From Jatrophihabitans sp. (GTDB lineage: Bacteria > Actinomycetota > Actinomycetes > Mycobacteriales > Jatrophihabitantaceae), in the NCBI GenBank assembly GCA_051001975.1, contig JBPCMU010000076.1:4836-68835 (forward strand): a stretch of DNA of 64,000 bases, read 5' to 3'. The number at the start of each line of letters is the position of its first letter. Position 1 is the first letter of the stretch. A model generated the notes under the pieces. That model made no database searches. It had not been told where the DNA came from and saw only the letters and a list, made by a program, of their open reading frames with translations. Made by a program: the position numbers and the translations under genes. This document shows, one piece after another, positions 18,874 through 26,744 of the stretch.

Positions 18874-20134
18874 TGATCATCTGATTGATCCTGGCGCGCA
18901 CATCCGACGCGCTCCAATTTACGATCTCGCCGAGTACTTCTTCTGCCCGCTGAGGTATTACCAGCAGTCGACTCTGGTCCTGCGGCCATTGTCTGCAGAG
19001 GGACTTTTCGACGACCGAACGTTGGTCGGTCGGATCGCCCGCCGCCTGCGAGAAGGAAGGATCGACCACGAGCAACACACGGACAGGGTCAATATTCAGC
19101 CAGCGTGCGAGCATCTCGTTGATGTGATCGTCGGAAAAGGAATACCCGATCACTATCAGGCAAGTGGTGCCAGCAAGACGACTCTCAAGCTCCGACCTAA
19201 GCGCGAGGAACGGCCCGGGGGCGCGAAGCTTCTCTCGCCTGCCGAAGATGACAAACGGCGTCCAATCGTGAGCGACGCTCGGGTCGGTATCGCAACCGGT
19301 GGTGAGCACAGTCCTCGGTAATCGCACCGATGGCAAGGGGCCATCAGGCGAGTACGACCCGTACCGCGGGTCATCGTGGTCACGTGCCCAGTCCACCGAT
19401 CCGTGCAGTTTCAAGAGCCGCACTCCGTGATCCGGCAACACCACGCGACCCTGATTCTCCCAACTCTCAACTCCGGTGGAGCACCTGACATCCGCCAATC
19501 GCGCAGCGGTCTCGATCGTCAAGTCATAGTTGAGCGTTGCGATCGTGACCGCGTTGTTCCTTCCGAGTTCGACCAGCGGTCTGAGGTAATCGAGCCGAGC
19601 CTCATCTTGAACCGCCAAGAGTGGGACGAGGGACTTCACCATGGAATCGAGGAGTTGCTCGTAGACTTTGCCCGTACTGACCCCCATGGCATTTCGAACA
19701 ACGTCACGAAACGCTTTGTCCCGGGAGTGTCTCTGCACCGTCCATAGCGATCGCCGCTCCTGGTAATCCTTCAGAATCCCCGCAACCCAATCGGTTGCTC
19801 CCGCACCGCTGGTCTCGTCCATCGAATTGACGGCGTCCGCCCATTGCACGAATGGAGAAATCTCAACTCGGTCCCGACTGCCAAGGAGTTCAATCGCCGA
19901 CACCACAGTCTCGATGTCGGGCAACGTCTGGGGATCTTCGCCTCGAATGCCCGCGTGATGAATCATGGCCGATACGACGTACCGCAACGCAGCAGCCCGT
20001 TTGCCCGACGGGAACACCGATCGACCATCGCCGAGGTGGTCGATCATCAAGCCAGTGAGCTCGCTGGCCAGCGGGAGATCAGCCGCCTTGGACGCTCCAG
20101 CGCCAAGAAGAAAGATGGGTCGTTCGATTGTCAT
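18809..20134 (-). CDS. SIR2_2-family protein (putative NAD+ hydrolase, defence-type)
   Basis: Start MTIERP at 20134 with RBS GGAAGGGA. Motifs FLLGAGASKAADLP, TLNYD, LLKLHGSVDW and LIVIGYSFSDDHIN. Lower GC than the core genome. Confidence 0.75.
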   Translation of the reverse strand: MTIERPIFLLGAGASKAADLPLASELTGLMIDHLGDGRSVFPSGKRAAALRYVVSAMIHHAGIRGEDPQTLPDIETVVSAIELLGSRDRVEISPFVQWADAVNSMDETSGAGATDWVAGILKDYQERRSLWTVQRHSRDKAFRDVVRNAMGVSTGKVYEQLLDSMVKSLVPLLAVQDEARLDYLRPLVELGRNNAVTIATLNYDLTIETAARLADVRCSTGVESWENQGRVVLPDHGVRLLKLHGSVDWARDHDDPRYGSYSPDGPLPSVRLPRTVLTTGCDTDPSVAHDWTPFVIFGRREKLRAPGPFLALRSELESRLAGTTCLIVIGYSFSDDHINEMLARWLNIDPVRVLLVVDPSFSQAAGDPTDQRSVVEKSLCRQWPQDQSRLLVIPQRAEEVLGEIVNWSASDVRARINQMISARADLPRERRGEVPFPYLRI

Positions 20135-20438
20135 CAGGCGTCCCTTCCGCGTAGGCATTCCACCGGCCGGTCGCAGGCGAACTGGCATACCGTCTCACCC
20201 TCAGCGCCGCTGAAAAAGCACGGGAGTGCAGCCATGGGCCTTTCGACGAAACGGTTTGATAGCAGGGGCCCCCGTCGGGCTGAGAGTTGGGGCATCGACG
20301 TATCCGGTTCGTTCCGCTCTCAGGCTGGTCTTCTGATAGCTCGCAGGGGCACGGCCGCGGCGGTCGCTCCGGCTCATCTCGGTGGCCATCGTCGACCGTG
20401 AACGCTGCCGGATCGTCGTTGTCGTACCAGGTCGCCAG

Positions 20439-20573
20439 TCAGTCCCGGGCCATCCAGCGGGCGCCCTCGTAAGTGCACCAACATGTGGCGCCGGTAGTTC
20501 CGTCGTCGACCTCGATGAACGCCGTGAACATCTGCTCTTCAGGCACGATGCGGACGGTCACAGCCTTGGGCAT
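20439..20573 (-). CDS. short ORF upstream of SIR2, ended by TGA with the frame staying open beyond it
   Basis: 44 codons (MPKAVTVRIVPEEQMFTAFIEVDDGTTGATCWCTYEGARWMARD) with 36/44 G/C third positions. The same frame is open for 119 further codons to the next stop at 20079-20081. No obvious RBS. Confidence 0.35.
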   Translation of the reverse strand: MPKAVTVRIVPEEQMFTAFIEVDDGTTGATCWCTYEGARWMARD

Positions 20574-20703
20574 AAGGGCGAAACGCTAGACCGGAAGATG
20601 CCCGAGCACAAGACTGACGCTCCGTCGCACCATCGACTGGGCTGCGGGTGGGTAGCGGGCTGACCGGGAGCGTAAAAGCGCCAGCCGTCGTAGGGTGCGG
20701 AGC

Positions 20704-20877
20704 ATGGATCTGTGGAACGAGGCTTTCGCCGACCTAGCCGCGATCGAGCGAGACGACAAAGCCCCGGATATTGACCGGCGTCTACAGATCGCTCAGATCC
20801 GGGCACTCCTGGCCATCGGCCAGCAGCTGTCAGAGATCCGTCACCTAGGCATCAACCCCAAATTCGACACGGACTGA
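20704..20877 (+). CDS. small hypothetical protein (57 aa from the ATG, or 60 aa from the GTG at 20695)
   Basis: MDLWNEAFADLAAIERDDKAPDIDRRLQIAQIRALLAIGQQLSEIRHLGINPKFDTD. Intact paralogue of 18331-18504. Confidence 0.55.
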   Translation: MDLWNEAFADLAAIERDDKAPDIDRRLQIAQIRALLAIGQQLSEIRHLGINPKFDTD

Positions 20878-20973
20878 CCCGCCCAGGGGCCATCCTTGCT
20901 CCGCCAGTCTGACTGACAGCAGCAAGCCCGGAGTGAGGCGAAGGCAGCTCGACATTCGGACGGGTCCCACCTG

Positions 20974-21838
20974 TCACCGCGGTAGCGCAAGTATCGCTGC
21001 CCGGCGTTGTTCGTCGTCGATCATGGTGTATACCGCGGTTGTGGCCGGCGACGCGTGGCGCAGCAGCTCCTGCGCGACTCGTAGGTTCCCGCCCGACGCT
21101 CGGAGGATCTCTGTTCCGAAGTGGTGTCGGAGCTGGTGGGCGGTGGCGTTCACGCCGGATCGGCGCAGCGCGGCACTTATCACCCCCGAGACCGAGTTCG
21201 CGGTCACCGGCTCCCCTTCACAGTAGGGCGACGGGAACCACCACCCCACCGCCGGGTATCGCGCCGCCTCGGCGGCGATGACCGGATGAACTGGCAGATC
21301 TGCGGCCACCTTGCCCTTACCGACGACACGCAGGCTATCTCCGGTGAAGTCTTCACCGCGGATCTTCGCGATCTCGTGGACCCGCAGACCCTGATATGCG
21401 CCGAGCAGGATCATCGTCCGAGTCCGACCGTAGAACCGCCCCGACTCGAGCACCTGCTGCAACTGCAGCACACTGACCGGCCGCCGGTGACCGGCGGGGC
21501 GTCTTCGGCGGGTGCAGTTTTCCGGTCGGATCGTCGAGGCGGTGGTCCATGATCACCAGCCAGCGGAACCACGACCGGAGGTGCTGAAAGTAGGTCGACC
21601 TGGTCCCCGCGGAGAACAGATCGCTGCTGTCAGCGAAGAACCCTGCCAGGTGCTGCCACGAACACTCCGCGGCCGGCACACCGGTGCGAGTCTCGAGCAG
21701 GCGGACCAACTGCACCCGGTCATCAATTGTCCGGGGACTCATCGCGCCAGCCACCATCCACAGCGTCCAGTCCGCCAGCAGCCCGTCGGTCTGAGCCGAC
21801 GACGATCGAGGCTGGGCGTCGAAACGGTGGCGGGTCAT
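20974..21838 (-). pseudogene. tyrosine recombinase, frameshifted
   Basis: N-terminal domain ORF 21353-21838 and catalytic ORF 20974-21471 (HQLRHHF...LLRHAS...Y) are in different frames. The junction is near 21485 (..KTPRR | PVSVLQLQQVLES). Confidence 0.7.
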
Positions 21839-21908
21839 TCCGGTACTCCAGCAATCACGATGCGCATCGCAGGTGCTCGAACGCTCTCATCGGGATACAC
21901 CGTGAGGC

Positions 21909-22739
21909 TCACAGCACGGCCGCCGCTCTGACGGCAGTGCTCAGCGCACCCTCCGGCACCGCCGTGTACAGAGCGGTTGTCTCCGGCTTGGTGTGTCCCA
22001 GCAACGTCTGGACCGCTCTGAGATCCCGCTCCGCCGCGTAGGCGGTGGACGCGAACCTGTGCCGCAGCATATGTGCGGTCACCCCGGGCCCCAGCTGCGC
22101 GGACATCAGTTTTCCGACATGTGCCGGCGTCATCGGTGTGTCCGGCTGCGTTGGCCTCGGGAACAGCCAGCCGGCCGGTCTACCGGCGATCGCCTGAGCG
22201 ACGATCGGCGGCAAGGGAACTACCCGCACCCGGTCACCCTTGCCACGCACCCGCAGCGCACCGGCGCTGATGTCATCGGTATGGACCTTCGCGATCTCAC
22301 ACCGGCGCAGACCGCACACGGCCGCCAGCAAGATCATCAGCCTCAGTCGGCTACCCGACCCGGCCAACGCAAACCTGATCCGCTCATCCGGCGCGGGCCG
22401 AGGAACGCCAATGCTGGCCGGCACTCCCGGCAATGTAATCGTTGGATCGGCCTCACACCGTCCGGTCAAGACCGCCCACCGGTAGAAGCCTCGGATCGTG
22501 GTGCGAAACGACCGGCGCGTCTCCGCACGCCAGCTCCTCGAAGCCAGCCAGGACACCAGGACGGCAGGTGTCACCTCCCACGGAGTCACCGTGGAAAGAT
22601 CTCGTGCCAACCTCGCGAGCTGGAGACGCCTCAGATCGATCGTCGTCTCCGGACGTCCACCTGCTCGCATGAAGTCTGACCACTCCGCGATCGCCTCGAC
22701 CCAACGCTCAGGCACCGACCACCGCTCCGGGCCGCTCAC
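21909..22739 (-). CDS. tyrosine recombinase (XerC/D-like), intact
   Basis: 276 aa: GLRRCEI...HMLRHRFAS...LLGHTKPETTALY. Confidence 0.8.
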   Translation of the reverse strand: MSGPERWSVPERWVEAIAEWSDFMRAGGRPETTIDLRRLQLARLARDLSTVTPWEVTPAVLVSWLASRSWRAETRRSFRTTIRGFYRWAVLTGRCEADPTITLPGVPASIGVPRPAPDERIRFALAGSGSRLRLMILLAAVCGLRRCEIAKVHTDDISAGALRVRGKGDRVRVVPLPPIVAQAIAGRPAGWLFPRPTQPDTPMTPAHVGKLMSAQLGPGVTAHMLRHRFASTAYAAERDLRAVQTLLGHTKPETTALYTAVPEGALSTAVRAAAVL

Positions 22740-23080
22740 GCCCTGCGCCCCTCGAGGTCGAAATCGAACCCCGTGATGATCTCCAGCCGGTCCGCAGCGT
22801 CAAGCAACGCCGCGGCGAACAGGCGCGCCTCGACAGCGGTGAGCGCGAGACCAGCCACCTGGATGCACGCCGGCTCGCCCGGCCCTCCTTCCGGGTTGCC
22901 GACCGTTTCGCACCGAGCAACCTCCACCTCGACGACCCGGCCCCCGTCCAGCTGCCGCTCAACCGCGCCAATCACCAGCTGATGCGTGCGCAGCACCGAA
23001 CCGTCGAACTCACGGCACAGGTAGTCGTCCAAGTCGTGCCTGTCGTCCAGGTCGCACCAGTCGGGGCACGCAGGCACCAT
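22736..23080 (-). CDS. hypothetical protein with CPxWC motif
   Basis: MVPACPDWCDLDDRHDLDDYLCREF... GTGA overlap with the downstream recombinase. The upstream part of track ORF 22736-23533 looks non-coding. Confidence 0.5.
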   Translation of the reverse strand: MVPACPDWCDLDDRHDLDDYLCREFDGSVLRTHQLVIGAVERQLDGGRVVEVEVARCETVGNPEGGPGEPACIQVAGLALTAVEARLFAAALLDAADRLEIITGFDFDLEGRRA

Positions 23081-23127
23081 GAACCCGCCGTGTGAGCTGG
23101 TCAGCAGACCGTTCGACACCCTGCGGC

Positions 23128-23423
23128 TCACGAGGTCACGCACTCGGCCGCGTGAGCCAGCTCGAGCAGCGCGCCTGGGTGACACCGTCCCCGCCCCCGC
23201 GTCCAACTCGATCGCGTCGAACCGCTCCAATGCAGGCTCGACGAGGGTTGCCCCGGACCGCTCGTAGGGCTGAACTCGGCGACCATCGAGACCGTCGTCC
23301 CCGCCAGCCGACGCCAAGTGATCGATGCCTCGTTCAGATCGTGCTCCGTCGCCCACGCCGGCGGATCCCACCCGTTGATGCGGTGAATCTTCGCGGCGCT
23401 GCGGTGGATCGTGGTGCTGTTCA
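23128..23423 (-). CDS. hypothetical protein (possibly frameshifted)
   Basis: MNSTTIHRSAAKIHRINGWDPPAWATEHDL... has high third-position GC. The C-terminal part is low-complexity, and a second frame carries plausible sequence. Confidence 0.3.
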
Positions 23424-23578
23424 TGGATGGGCTCCCTCGTAGAGTTGATCTTGCTCTGGGCAACGCTGGGGCAACGGCAGGGCAGCAAACAGCCAGCTTC
23501 GGCCAACGCTGCCAACGCGTGGAGGTACCGCAAATTGGGAGGTCCACGCCCTACCGGTGTCAGCCAACGCCGGATGAT

Positions 23579-23628
23579 CCGCCCTCCGGAGGCGGTGGCG
23601 CAGGTTCGAATCCTGCCGGGGGCACCAC
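23579..23628 (+). repeat. attR core (3' fragment of tRNA-Arg, not a functional tRNA)
   Basis: Identical to 5312-5361. The 5' half of the tRNA is absent. Confidence 0.85.
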
Positions 23629-23752
23629 CCTGCAGGTCCCAGATGCCGGAGCCCGAAGCCGTTTCTGGGCGTGCTCCAGCATCGCGATTTTCGGCCGCGG
23701 GTATTCAACGGGCACACATGCGGATCGAGTCTTGCGCTGGAGCCGACGCACG

Positions 23753-24157
23753 ATGATTGTTGACCGAACGTGCATTCTTGAATCTGTGGGACGTACTCGC
23801 GGCTTCGATCAGGATGTGGTTCTCGACCGCGCGGCCGGCCTGTTCTCGCGCAACGGATACGAAGGCACCAGCATTGATGACATCGTCACCGCGGCCGGCT
23901 TGCACCGCGGCAGCTTGTACGCCACCTTCGGCAGCAAACGCGGGCTGTTTCGCGATGCAATGCGTCGCGCGGTCGATCAACGCTCCGATCACGCCGTCGA
24001 CCTGGTCCTGGTCGCCCTGCTCGAACTCGCCCCGCGTGACCGCGAAATCCGCGGGGACTGCCGTCGCGCATACGCGGCGCTCTTCGCCGGCGAACCCGCC
24101 CGTCTCAGCGCCCGCCTCCTCGCCCGCGCCGGCATCACCACAGGAAAGGAACCGTGA
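23753..24157 (+). CDS. TetR-family transcriptional regulator (short)
   Basis: GFDQDVVLDRAAGLFSRNGYEGTSIDDIVTAAGLHRGSLYATFGSKRGLF. Confidence 0.75.
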   Translation: MIVDRTCILESVGRTRGFDQDVVLDRAAGLFSRNGYEGTSIDDIVTAAGLHRGSLYATFGSKRGLFRDAMRRAVDQRSDHAVDLVLVALLELAPRDREIRGDCRRAYAALFAGEPARLSARLLARAGITTGKEP

Positions 24158-24417
24158 TGACAACAACCGGCACCTTTCACGCGACGGCGAACGTCAGTTC
24201 TGGAACGTGGACGGATTCGACAACGTCATCGTTATCGAACTGACCGGCGAGGACTATCAACGTCTCGTGGTCAGCGTCGACGAACCGCGGGAACTCGTCG
24301 ATTCCATCAACGCCGCGACAACCGCCTGACCATCTGGCCCGGTCAGATCGCCTGCTGGTCGCGGGATCGTCGAGCTGGGTCACGCGAGCGTCCTCGATCC
24401 TCGAGGTACGTGACGGG

Positions 24418-24891
24418 TCAGGCGGCGAGCAGGTAGCACCCCAACGCGACCAGCGCCGCGGCCTTCAGGGTTTCCAGCACGATGTAAGCGTGATGCGTCT
24501 GCGATCGCGCCGAATCGGCGCCAGGTGCGGCGGCGAGCACTTGGTCGGAGCGCCGGTTGAGCCTGGGCCGCACTGCGACGAGCTGGATGACCAGTAGGGC
24601 ACCGGTGACGCCGGCCAGACTGGTGATCGTCGCCGATTGCGGGTCGATGATCAGACAGACGACGATCACGATGGCCCAACCGACTTCGACGATATTGAGG
24701 GCGCGGAACACGATCCGGCCTATCGCCAGCCCGACCCGTAGCTCCAGGCCGGGGGCGCGGAACTTCAGCGGCGCTTCCAGGAACGAGATCGCGGCCACCA
24801 TGCCCAGCCATAGCAACGTCGCCGCGATCGCGATCCGGACCGCGACATCAGTCAACGGTTCGGCCGTACCGGAGCGAGATGAGCCACGCAC
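24418..24891 (-). CDS. integral membrane protein (DUF4149-like)
   Basis: 157 aa with four hydrophobic segments. The start may be internal. Confidence 0.55.
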   Translation of the reverse strand: MRGSSRSGTAEPLTDVAVRIAIAATLLWLGMVAAISFLEAPLKFRAPGLELRVGLAIGRIVFRALNIVEVGWAIVIVVCLIIDPQSATITSLAGVTGALLVIQLVAVRPRLNRRSDQVLAAAPGADSARSQTHHAYIVLETLKAAALVALGCYLLAA

Positions 24892-25649
24892 AAGTCAGGC
24901 TCGGCGAAGGGTTCGAGCCGATCGACGGTGACCGGGCCCTTCAGTGCGGCGAGTGTGCCTTGCATCAGGCCCAGGTGCAGGCAGCAGATCGTGTCGCGGT
25001 AGCCCCGCCCTTCCCCCCAGTCACCGGCTTGCTTCGCGGAACCGGTGCCGGTGACGAGGCCGAGGAAGGGACAGTGCCGTAGCCGGATCGTGGTGTCCCG
25101 CCGCCCGGTGGGCGGTTCCGGGCCGAAACCGAGGTCGCCGAGGATCTGGGTCAGGTGGGCCAGCGCTTCACCCCTTTTCGGGCGTACCGAATGGGACCGA
25201 ACAGCCGTGGCGGGGTCGAGCAGCCGCTCACCCCAGTCGCGGCCGATTTCGGTGGCTGCGGCGGACGGGTCGGAGCTGCTGGCAGCCAGATGGCTGGTGA
25301 GCATGCTGGCAAGCAGCCGGTAATTCGTCGGCCCGTCGGGGTCCATTCGATGCGTCACCCCGAACAGGACCGGCGGGCGCCCCGGCCCGGCGGTGTCACC
25401 GAGCAGTTGCTCGACCTGCCCGGCGCGCTGCAGCGCTCCGAGGTGGAAGCGCACCGTGTTGGCGTGCACTCCGAGCTCCTCGGCGAGGCTGCGGATGGTG
25501 CGCGGCTGGCGTGCGGCGCGCAGCAGGTCCATCAGGAGTTCGCGCCGGCCGGGCTGGGCGTGGTCGCCGCGTCCCGCATCGGTCAGATCATCCCGAGACC
25601 GAGCGGCTTCGGCCGGGAAGCGGGTAGCCGAAGCGGCACCGGCCATCAT
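24852..25649 (-). CDS. ArsR-type winged-helix transcriptional regulator
   Basis: RTIRSLAEELGVHANTVRFHLGALQRAGQV. ATGA-coupled to the fdxA stop. Confidence 0.65.
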   Translation of the reverse strand: MMAGAASATRFPAEAARSRDDLTDAGRGDHAQPGRRELLMDLLRAARQPRTIRSLAEELGVHANTVRFHLGALQRAGQVEQLLGDTAGPGRPPVLFGVTHRMDPDGPTNYRLLASMLTSHLAASSSDPSAAATEIGRDWGERLLDPATAVRSHSVRPKRGEALAHLTQILGDLGFGPEPPTGRRDTTIRLRHCPFLGLVTGTGSAKQAGDWGEGRGYRDTICCLHLGLMQGTLAALKGPVTVDRLEPFAEPDLCVAHLAPVRPNR

Positions 25650-26002
25650 TTCCCGCTCCGCTCACCCTGCGGCGGTAGCGCTGTCACCAGAGGCGTATCG
25701 ACGGTGAGGGGGCCGAGCTTGCCGGCCCCGCCCGGCGAGTCCAGGGAGCGCGACTGACCGGGCAGCGTGTCGGTGAAGAACCGTGCGTTGTCTTCCAGAT
25801 AAGGACCCAGGGCCTCCGGCAAGTCGTCCTCGTAGTAGATCGCCTCCACGGGGCAGACCGGTTCGCAGGCACCGCAGTCCACGCACTCATCCGGATGGAT
25901 GTAGAGAGTCCGGCCGCCCTCGTAGATGCAGTCGACGGGACACTCCTCCACGCAGGCACGGTCTTTGACGTCCACGCACGGAAGGCCGATCACATAGGTC
26001 AT
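25646..26002 (-). CDS. fdxA: 7Fe ferredoxin
   Basis: MTYVIGLPCVDVKDRACVEECPVDCIYEG...DECVDCGACEPVCPVEAIYYEDD. Confidence 0.9.
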   Translation of the reverse strand: MTYVIGLPCVDVKDRACVEECPVDCIYEGGRTLYIHPDECVDCGACEPVCPVEAIYYEDDLPEALGPYLEDNARFFTDTLPGQSRSLDSPGGAGKLGPLTVDTPLVTALPPQGERSGK

Positions 26003-26047
26003 GCCGATACTTTACACAATTCCTCATTGTAAGAATAGGATCGAAGC
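26003..26047. promoter_or_regulatory. AT-rich divergent promoter region with imperfect palindrome TTACACAAT..ATTGTAA (26012-26032)
   Basis: gccgatactttacacaattcctcattgtaagaataggatcgaagc is strikingly AT-rich for this genome and lies between fdxA and the DUF2249 gene. Confidence 0.45.
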
Positions 26048-26722
26048 ATGAATCAGCACACCGGCCCGACCGACACTCCTCCTGCTGCCGGGGGCGGTGC
26101 CGAGCTGGACGTGCGAGAGGTCCCCAAACCGCAGCGGCACCCGTTGATCTTCACCCGTTTCAGCTCCCTCAACGTCGGTGAGTCGTTCGTGCTGGTGAAC
26201 TCGCACGATCCGAAACACCTGCGCCAGGAATTCGATCGCGACCATCCCGGCGCCTACGACTGGACCTATCTGCCCGACGGCGACGCCCGGCTGTACCGGA
26301 TCCTGATCACCCGCCGGGTGGCGACCGACCTGCCTCGCGTGGTTGCCGACACGACCACACTGCACATGGCACACGAGCCTGACGCCGGTGGGGCGGTGTG
26401 GCGACTGGAGCCGGCGGCCCGCCAGCTGGACGCCAACGTGATCCGGCTACGGCCTAACGGGCAGATCGAGACGCATCTTGGGCCCGACCTCGACGTGCTG
26501 CTGCACGTGCTGGCCGGCTCCGGGCAGATCGTCACCGCGACCGACCCGGTGCCCCTCCGGTCCGGTGCGGTGGTGTGGCTGCCCCGCCGCTCCCAACGAG
26601 CCATCGTCGCCGGCCCGGACGGGCTGACCTACCTCTCGGTCCACCCACGCCGACCGGGGCTGAGTATCTCCACTGCCGGCACCGGCCCGGGCGACAGCGG
26701 CGAAGGCGCGCAGTCCCGCTAG
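26048..26722 (+). CDS. DUF2249 domain plus cupin domain protein
   Basis: LDVREVPKPQRHPLIFTRFSSLNVGESFVLVNSHDPKHL, then a cupin-like IETHLGPDLDVLLHVLAGSG. Confidence 0.65.
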   Translation: MNQHTGPTDTPPAAGGGAELDVREVPKPQRHPLIFTRFSSLNVGESFVLVNSHDPKHLRQEFDRDHPGAYDWTYLPDGDARLYRILITRRVATDLPRVVADTTTLHMAHEPDAGGAVWRLEPAARQLDANVIRLRPNGQIETHLGPDLDVLLHVLAGSGQIVTATDPVPLRSGAVVWLPRRSQRAIVAGPDGLTYLSVHPRRPGLSISTAGTGPGDSGEGAQSR

Positions 26723-26744
26723 CGCATCCGTACGGCGCCGCTGC

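Larger units (their letters stand above)
5312..23628. mobile_element. integrated tRNA-Arg-targeting element (defective prophage or integrative island), about 18.3 kb
   Basis: Perfect 50-bp direct repeat (5312-5361 = 23579-23628) equal to the 3' part of tRNA-Arg. Integrase lies adjacent to attL. Phage-type genes (xis, recT-like, tape measure) inside, plus TA and SIR2 cargo. Confidence 0.85.

Noticed and set aside
20201-20389. 62-aa minus ORF and 93-aa plus ORF (20382-20663) between the SIR2 gene and the small paralogue
   Set aside because: Both have weaker codon bias than the competing minus-strand frame containing the 44-codon ORF. They are treated as non-coding.
20439-20441. Programmed TGA read-through or selenocysteine in the ORF upstream of SIR2. 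The same question applies to TAG at 6238-6240.
   Set aside because: No evidence for a SECIS-like element or recoding signal could be assessed by eye. Simple nonsense mutation or sequencing error is the more economical explanation.
23579-23628. Second tRNA-Arg gene
   Set aside because: Only the 3' 50 nt are present, with no acceptor 5' strand or D arm. It is the attR duplication.
24154-24329. Small ORFs just after the TetR gene (28-aa MTTTGTF... and a frame of about 40 aa ending ...VDSINAATTA)
   Set aside because: They are very short, have an ambiguous start (only a GTG at about 24207) and have no recognisable family. They may be real but cannot be supported from sequence alone.
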